A DNA stretch of 64,000 bases. It comes from Desulfatiglandales bacterium (GTDB lineage: Bacteria > Desulfobacterota > DSM-4660 > Desulfatiglandales > Desulfatiglandaceae). A program made the position numbers and the translations under genes. The stretch covers positions 1,024,001 through 1,088,000 of the forward strand of contig OY762721.1 of assembly GCA_963666345.1 (NCBI GenBank), in the 5' to 3' direction. The notes below the pieces were generated by a model. The model saw only the letters and a list, made by a program, of their open reading frames with translations. It was not told the DNA's origin and did not search any database. This document shows positions 58,239-64,000 of this stretch, piece after piece (position 1 is the first letter of the stretch; every line of letters begins with the position of its first letter).

Positions 58239-59552
58239 TTAACCGTAAAATAGTTCAGGCAGATAAAGTGAAAGCCATTGGAACTTCATAACGCATATCA
58301 CTCCCAATACCTGAAGCCCTATAAATGGCGCAGCACCCTTCCAGATATCGGTAGTCTTTATCTCCGGCGGTGCCACCCCCTTTAGATAGAACAGGGCGTA
58401 GCCGAATGGTGGCGACAGGAAAGATATCTGCATGTTGGTGGCAAAAAGCACGCCGAACCACACAGGATCGAATCCCAGCTTGCGAACGATGGGTCCGAAT
58501 ATGGGTACGCAGAGCATAATGATCCCGGTCCAGTCGATAAAGCACCCGAGGAAAAGGAGGATACCCTGCATTGTAATAATGATTCCCCATTTTCCCATAC
58601 CTGATCCCATGAGCACCTCGGTAACGAAGTTGCCGCCCCCGCACATTACGTAGAGTCCCACGAATATGTTGGCGCCGAACATTGTCCAGAGGACCATTGC
58701 CGAGGACTTAAGGGTCTTCTCGGCGGCATCCACTATGCCTTTCCATGTAAGCTGCTTCTGGGCACCGGTAAGTATCATCGCGCCAAGCGCGCCCACCCCG
58801 GCCGCCTCCGTGGGAGCCGCGATACCTGTAAATATCGTGCCCAGCACCAGGAATATGATAATTCCGGGAGGCACCAGAGACAGAAGCAACACTACACGCT
58901 CCTTAAAAGGCATCCGCTCTTCCTCCGGCACCGGTGGGCCGAGTTTTGGGTTTATATAGCAGCGAATCGTGACATAACCTATAAAAAGGCTTGCCAGGAG
59001 AAGTCCCGGAAAAATTGCACCAGCATAGAGTTTTCCGATCGAGCTGTTGTCCACAAGGCCGTAAACGATGAGAAGCACGCTTGGCGGGATAAGGATACCA
59101 AGGGTTCCACCTGCAAGAATAGATCCGCAGGCAATGAATTTATTATATTTCCTGTTTAGCATCTGGGGAAGCGCGATAACACCCATTGTCACCTCGCTTG
59201 CACCGATGACGCCGCACATTGCCGCAAGCAGCGTACATGCGGCAACCGTTGCCGATGCGACCCCGCCTTTGATCCTTCCAAGCCACTGGTATGCGGTCTC
59301 ATATATCTTATGGATGATACCGGACTGCTCCAGGATACAGGCCATGAATATGAAAAGGGGAATAGCCGCCAGAAGGTAATTTATCATCAGGCCGAATATA
59401 CGCGTAGGCACGAGATTTACGGCCATAGGACCTTGCAGAATGGCGGTGAAAATAACCCCGATTGATCCGCAGGCAAATGCAACAGGGAGTCCCAGGCCCA
59501 GCAGGAAAAACAAAGAGCCGAACATAACTACTGTAAGCATCTCAATACTCAT
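58239..59552 (-). CDS. dctM: TRAP transporter large permease
   Basis: AIPLFIFM, GTLGILIPPS, PTEAAGVG and LSPPFG motifs. Confidence 0.92.
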   Translation of the reverse strand: MSIEMLTVVMFGSLFFLLGLGLPVAFACGSIGVIFTAILQGPMAVNLVPTRIFGLMINYLLAAIPLFIFMACILEQSGIIHKIYETAYQWLGRIKGGVASATVAACTLLAAMCGVIGASEVTMGVIALPQMLNRKYNKFIACGSILAGGTLGILIPPSVLLIVYGLVDNSSIGKLYAGAIFPGLLLASLFIGYVTIRCYINPKLGPPVPEEERMPFKERVVLLLSLVPPGIIIFLVLGTIFTGIAAPTEAAGVGALGAMILTGAQKQLTWKGIVDAAEKTLKSSAMVLWTMFGANIFVGLYVMCGGGNFVTEVLMGSGMGKWGIIITMQGILLFLGCFIDWTGIIMLCVPIFGPIVRKLGFDPVWFGVLFATNMQISFLSPPFGYALFYLKGVAPPEIKTTDIWKGAAPFIGLQVLGVICVMKFQWLSLYLPELFYG

Positions 59553-60100
59553 TCTTCCATCTCCCTCCCTGTTACTGCAACGTGTATATCACGAATAGTC
59601 CAGACAACGTGTTGCAGGAATAAAAGAACCGCCCCAAAGGGCATCATGAATTTGACGGGATAGTAGGGGGGCGCCCAGTCCGTGAGGGACCTCTCTCCGA
59701 GAACGTGAATGCCCAGAAAGGTGCCTCCACCTTCCATTGTCTGAGAACTCCAGTAGAAATTCCAGGAGGTGTAGATCAGCACCACGAGAAACAAAAAGAA
59801 AAATATACTCGTAAATAGATCCAGGTAGGCCTTTGTCCGCCTCTTCCTTGTGGAATATATCACGTCTACGCGCACGTGAGCACGGTGAAAGTGGCAATAG
59901 CCGGCCACAAACATGTATTGTACGGCGAAAAGGAGCGTCATCAGTTCATGCCCCCAGTTGGTAGGCATGCCGAAGACATAGCGCATTATCACCTCAAAAC
60001 TTATGATGATAACCGCAAACAGCATGATGCCGACATTCACCTTGCCAATGAAGATGTTGGTTTTTTCAACGGCATCAATGAATTTTTTTAGTGCATTCAT
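59549..60100 (-). CDS. dctQ: TRAP transporter small permease
   Basis: FEVIMRYVFG.PT.W and HVRVD motifs. Confidence 0.9.
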   Translation of the reverse strand: MNALKKFIDAVEKTNIFIGKVNVGIMLFAVIIISFEVIMRYVFGMPTNWGHELMTLLFAVQYMFVAGYCHFHRAHVRVDVIYSTRKRRTKAYLDLFTSIFFFLFLVVLIYTSWNFYWSSQTMEGGGTFLGIHVLGERSLTDWAPPYYPVKFMMPFGAVLLFLQHVVWTIRDIHVAVTGREMEE

Positions 60101-60188
60101 ATTACTTCCTCACATGTTGCAGATTTCCCGCCGGATACTGACTCCTTGTTAAGATATCTTCTGACCGGCTTCAACTCTGCATCAATAG

Positions 60189-60224
60189 AAAAAAGGGGAA
60201 GGGTACGAGCCCATCCCCTTTTTC
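60189..60224 (-). terminator. Hairpin downstream of dctP
   Basis: gaaaaaagggga...tcccctttttc inverted repeat. Confidence 0.6.
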
Positions 60225-60233
60225 AGGTTTCAA

Positions 60234-61373
60234 TTAGAATTTAAGTGGTTTCCCGTCAAGGTCAACCATATCCTTGTCTGTTATGTAGTTCATCTTAACG
60301 GACTTCATGAACTCGAGCTGGGTCTTGAATGCCTTCATGGCAAGAGGAGATTTCTTGGCCCATTTTATCCAGAAGGAAGGAGCAAATCTGCGGAACTTGG
60401 CGATTTCCGCTTCCGGAAGCCTGATGATCTCAACGCCCTGCTCTTGGAATTTAACAAAAGCCTTGATGTCTTCTGCCTGTATTGAACTGTACTGATCCCA
60501 TGAATGCCACTTCACCGCCGCCCTGAAGAAATCCTGCATATAGCCGGGAAGTTTGGCCCATGAACGTTTGTTGATCTCGATCGACATTAAGTCGACAGGC
60601 TGGTGCAGGCATGGGGTTGAAGGCGGACCCATGATGATGTATTTGGCGATCTCGCCGTAACCCAGGTTGTAGTTGATGGCCGCGCCGACAAAGTCGGCAC
60701 CGTCGATAACGCCCTTTTCAAGTGCAGGGTAGACCTCGCCGCCGGGCAGAAGAACCGTTGCGACACCGGCCGCCCTGTAGATATCAGCGATGATTCCACC
60801 GGGATAACGGATTTTCTTGCCCTTGAAGTCCTCGAAGGTCCTGATAGGGACCTTTGAGTGGATCAGGTTATCATCGTGCTGGATTGGTCCGATGTAGATC
60901 ATGTTGTGTTTTCCGTATGCTTCCTGTGCAAACTCTTTTCCACCGAGCTGCGCATACCATGTCTCCCACTGATCGGGCCTGTCAGGGCCGAAGGGATAGG
61001 AACTAAGGAATGTGGCCACAGGCATCTTGCCGGGCCAGTAGCAGTCAAAGCAATGCATGCCGTCAAAGACGCCGGCCTTGACCGCATCGAACATCTCAAA
61101 GGTTCCAACGATTGCGCCGGCTGGAAAACCCTCTATAATAAGTTTTCCCTCTGTCATTTCGCCAACGAGCTTGCAGAATTCCTGGAATTTTACATATCCT
61201 ACCGTACCGGCATCCCAGGCAGTCTGAATTTTGAGTTTAATGGGTTTTGCCGAAGCCGCTTTGGCAAAGGCGGGAACGCCTAAGGTGGTTGCTGCAGCAC
61301 CTGCTACCGCTGCTGTTTTGAGGAAACTACGACGGGACACATCATTTGTCTTTCCTTGATTCTTCTCACTCAT
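60234..61373 (-). CDS. dctP: TRAP substrate-binding protein with Tat signal (TakP / 2-oxo- or 2-hydroxy-acid binding type)
   Basis: SRRSFLK twin-arginine signal; KIQTAW, YWPGK, KIRYPGG, GGEVYPALEKG and HQP motifs. Confidence 0.9.
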   Translation of the reverse strand: MSEKNQGKTNDVSRRSFLKTAAVAGAAATTLGVPAFAKAASAKPIKLKIQTAWDAGTVGYVKFQEFCKLVGEMTEGKLIIEGFPAGAIVGTFEMFDAVKAGVFDGMHCFDCYWPGKMPVATFLSSYPFGPDRPDQWETWYAQLGGKEFAQEAYGKHNMIYIGPIQHDDNLIHSKVPIRTFEDFKGKKIRYPGGIIADIYRAAGVATVLLPGGEVYPALEKGVIDGADFVGAAINYNLGYGEIAKYIIMGPPSTPCLHQPVDLMSIEINKRSWAKLPGYMQDFFRAAVKWHSWDQYSSIQAEDIKAFVKFQEQGVEIIRLPEAEIAKFRRFAPSFWIKWAKKSPLAMKAFKTQLEFMKSVKMNYITDKDMVDLDGKPLKF

Positions 61374-61645
61374 ACCTTACCTCCTTAGCACAAAGGATTT
61401 TAGATCATTAATGGACTTACCGAACACGACCGGTATAACCCTGCGAGCTGGGACCGACCGGCGTTGAAGCCCACCTTGCAAAAAAATAAGCCCAGTGCCT
61501 ATTTTTTTTACTGAACATCACATCCTCCGAAAACTCAACGACCTCCTGACACAAGTCAGGTTGCGAGCAGGTCATTAAGATTCATGAGGATATTCTAAAT
61601 TGACTCTCCGGTAAACAAATTTTATGGGCAATATCCTATTTTTTT

Positions 61646-61657
61646 ATGGTAAAACCA
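61646..61657. promoter_or_regulatory. GntR-type operator core
   Basis: atggtaaaacca, identical to the core of the 23734 and 23863 boxes. Confidence 0.55.
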
Positions 61658-61867
61658 GTTCACTCACCGGAGAGGCATATACACAAAATATATACACCCA
61701 AAAAAATACATTTTATGCTAATATTACTGATTTAATATCGTTCTAGAATAGCATATCAAATCATGTCACACTTAAAAATACTCTACTTAGAACGTTTAAC
61801 AAACAGCATTTAAACTGTCAAGCCAAAAAAAATAAGCTTTCCGGGAGGAATTCCCTAGATTTTTTAT

Positions 61868-61882
61868 GCAAACGCCATGCCA
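61868..61882 (-). promoter_or_regulatory. Sigma-54 promoter of the fourth TRAP operon
   Basis: TGGCATGGCGTTTGC; IHF-like site at 61907-61919; upstream element at 61977-62013. Confidence 0.75.
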
Positions 61883-62028
61883 AAGCAAAAGATTGACTCC
61901 CTGCTTTAACCTTTTGATAAAACTGCAAATATTAGCACGCGCATAAATCAGGGGAGATGTTCACAATAAAATTGCATGTCAAAATATTTTACAAAATGTA
62001 AAATATAATTACATAAATGCGACTATTT

Positions 62029-63129
62029 TTACGCCACTTTTAAGCTGGTATTACCATAAGACCGCTTGACCACCAAGACAGGCTCTATCCCCATCTGCCC
62101 GCGTATCCTGTTTATGTCTTTTTCATTAGGGGGAAATGGATAATTGCGCATCTCAGGGCCGGGCCTTGAGTTCGCAAAAGGCCTGTTGCAGGCTACCTGA
62201 CCGTCGTAACCGGTACATCCGCTGGTTCTGAAAGGTTCTCCAGAATCCATAATATTGTCGAGCTTGCTCTGCAACAGCCCGAAATTCATTATTTTTCCTT
62301 CTTCATCGAATATAAAGCGGCTCACATCACTTATTTCATTGTCTATGATATAGCGGGCAAGCTGAATCCTCCTGTACTGATCCAGAGGTGGCTGGGGGTG
62401 ATCCGCCAATGTTGATCCAGGTTCCGGGAAAAAGGAAAAAAGATGGGTATACCCCCCCATTTTCCTTACCCTTTGGATCGCCGTGCACATCTCTTTCTCG
62501 GTCTCGCCCATCCCTACCATAAAATGGGACCCGGCATTACCCTTTCCAAAGATTGAAAGGCAATCTGAAAGGCACTCCCAGTATCGTTCCCATTTGTGAG
62601 GCCCCTTTACACCGCGTCCCCTGTATCTGTCAAAAAGGCTCTCTGTTGCAAGATCAATCGCCACTCCGATTTTATCGGCCCCCGCCTTTTTAAAATCGAC
62701 CAGGTCGTCACGATCAAGAACAGTAGGGGCTATCAAAAGGGACACAGGTACATCAAAGCTGCTCCTAAGTCTTTCGCATATATCACGTGTATCTTTTATG
62801 GCCCGTTTTCTCGTTACCATGGATATACAGACCCTTTTGACCTTATCCTGCCGGTCTGAAATCCTTTTTATTATCTCATCAACACCGTAGGTAGGCCACG
62901 TTACCCTTATAAAGCTTTTTTTGCCGTATTTTCCGGGCCTTGCCTTTGAAAGCCCGCAGTAGGCACATCTTGCCATGCAGCCATCCTGATAGGTCAGCAG
63001 CAGATTTATGCAGTTTAGTTTCGCGTTTCTGTAGAAAAGCCCCTGCTTGAAATCGAGCGTCATTGCCGCGGCAAGACTCATCCTCACATATTCAGGGCTT
63101 TCCTGAGGTTCTATAGCACTATCTTCCAT
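62029..63129 (-). CDS. lipS2: Biotin-synthase-like radical SAM protein, LipS2-type lipoyl synthase subunit
   Basis: CMARCAYC plus C-terminal RTSGC.......CNRP, resembling the LipS2 TxGCPxC(N/D)RP motif. Confidence 0.7.
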   Translation of the reverse strand: MEDSAIEPQESPEYVRMSLAAAMTLDFKQGLFYRNAKLNCINLLLTYQDGCMARCAYCGLSKARPGKYGKKSFIRVTWPTYGVDEIIKRISDRQDKVKRVCISMVTRKRAIKDTRDICERLRSSFDVPVSLLIAPTVLDRDDLVDFKKAGADKIGVAIDLATESLFDRYRGRGVKGPHKWERYWECLSDCLSIFGKGNAGSHFMVGMGETEKEMCTAIQRVRKMGGYTHLFSFFPEPGSTLADHPQPPLDQYRRIQLARYIIDNEISDVSRFIFDEEGKIMNFGLLQSKLDNIMDSGEPFRTSGCTGYDGQVACNRPFANSRPGPEMRNYPFPPNEKDINRIRGQMGIEPVLVVKRSYGNTSLKVA

Positions 63130-63141
63130 TTGTTTTTCTCC

Positions 63142-63999
63142 TTATGCAGTCTCCCATTGTTCGCCTGACAGGTCCTTTGATACCGAGCAACAGGTTCTTT
63201 GATATTTTATTTTCATTCCCAGTCTTTCGGCCGCAGATATCGCCTCATCAGAGGGAAGGGCCATTCGGTTTATTCCCGCCCGGATAGCAAGTTCCTCAAG
63301 CCTCGTGTTTCCACGCTGTCGCGCGCACCCAAGGCTCATCCTCGTCTCCGGCAGGCTCAGCCGCGCCTCTGCGATTATATCCGCCACCTCTTCGGACACC
63401 GGCAGACGGAACCTTCCCGCCCCCGTTCCCGGCAACTTCATGTAAGATACGATTACAAGCTGTTCCAGGTCAAAATCGGTCAGCCTCGCAATCGCCCTTT
63501 TCTCCCCCTTTATCCTGCCGAAAAAAAGGCCGCACACGATATGAGGCACCAGGGGGATGGATGCCTTTTGAAGCGCCTCCATGGATGCATATATTCGTGA
63601 TACCCCGAAAGGCACATGATATATCTGTTTATACGTCTCATCGTCCCCTATTACGTCTATGAGTGCCTGATCCACGCCTGCCCTCTTGAGCGCAAGTGCC
63701 TTACCTTCATCAACCATCCCGCTGTGTATCGACACAAAAAGGTCGGTCTTATTTTTTATCTCTTCAATTACAGCTAGAAATTCGCTCCATGGAAGACACC
63801 CCTCACTGTCGCAACCCCCGCTCAGCAATACGCCATGGTAGCCCCTGTCCGCCAGCTTTAGGCACTTCTCCTTTAAAGTTGCCGCATCTTCTGCATGAAT
63901 CATTGTCTTTAAAAGGCTTCCCCTGCAATGTTCGCAATCAAGGCTGCAGTTGTTCCCCGTAAGTGATATGGCGGGGTAACGACCCGAAATGCCATTGTA
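63142..63999 (-). CDS. lipS1: Radical SAM protein, LipS1-type lipoyl synthase subunit (5' end outside window)
   Basis: The frame is open to the window edge and reads YPAISLTGNNCSLDCEHC; LGCAR and TCC motifs near the C-terminus. Confidence 0.72.
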   Translation of the reverse strand, partial: YNGISGRYPAISLTGNNCSLDCEHCRGSLLKTMIHAEDAATLKEKCLKLADRGYHGVLLSGGCDSEGCLPWSEFLAVIEEIKNKTDLFVSIHSGMVDEGKALALKRAGVDQALIDVIGDDETYKQIYHVPFGVSRIYASMEALQKASIPLVPHIVCGLFFGRIKGEKRAIARLTDFDLEQLVIVSYMKLPGTGAGRFRLPVSEEVADIIAEARLSLPETRMSLGCARQRGNTRLEELAIRAGINRMALPSDEAISAAERLGMKIKYQRTCCSVSKDLSGEQWETA

Positions 64000-64000
64000 T

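Overview
A 64-kb bacterial chromosome segment. Gene content and intergenic style suggest an anaerobic Desulfobacterota/deltaproteobacterium (inference). No rRNA, tRNA, CRISPR array or transposase was recognised. There are four main blocks. (1) 1-8.3 kb is mixed housekeeping: NifU-like scaffold, two ferredoxins, a broken DnaJ-domain gene, a stand-alone carboxyltransferase, a beta-hydroxyacid dehydrogenase, serA and a kinase-like unknown. (2) 8.3-23.5 kb is a coherent glycolate/glyoxylate module: GlcDEF-like oxidoreductase, CitE-family CoA-ester lyase, a divergent SucCD-like ligase with an embedded ferredoxin, a GntR regulator, mdh and a Na+-pumping oxaloacetate decarboxylase. It reads as a malyl-CoA pathway. 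(3) 24-55 kb is a corrinoid-dependent methyltransferase island: RACE activator, DUF1638, LarA-like protein, methyl-THF and MtaA-type methyltransferases, a URO-D/corrinoid fusion in two near-identical copies, a corrinoid protein in two identical copies, two more URO-D paralogs, three TRAP transporters and a sigma-54 two-component pair, with visible duplication and deletion scars. (4) 55-64 kb holds a fourth TRAP system and LipS1/LipS2-type radical SAM genes. Three promoters up to 44 kb apart share a sigma-54 site, a tandem TGT(C/A)AA-N5-TTTACA-like upstream element and a TGGTA(A/T)(A/T)ACCA operator, tying the ligase/lyase/glc operon, the oad operon and the last TRAP system into one predicted regulon. 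The leading hypothesis, which is inference only, is a pathway that imports a methylated organic acid such as methoxyacetate, demethylates it on a corrinoid and oxidises the glycolate product via malyl-CoA.
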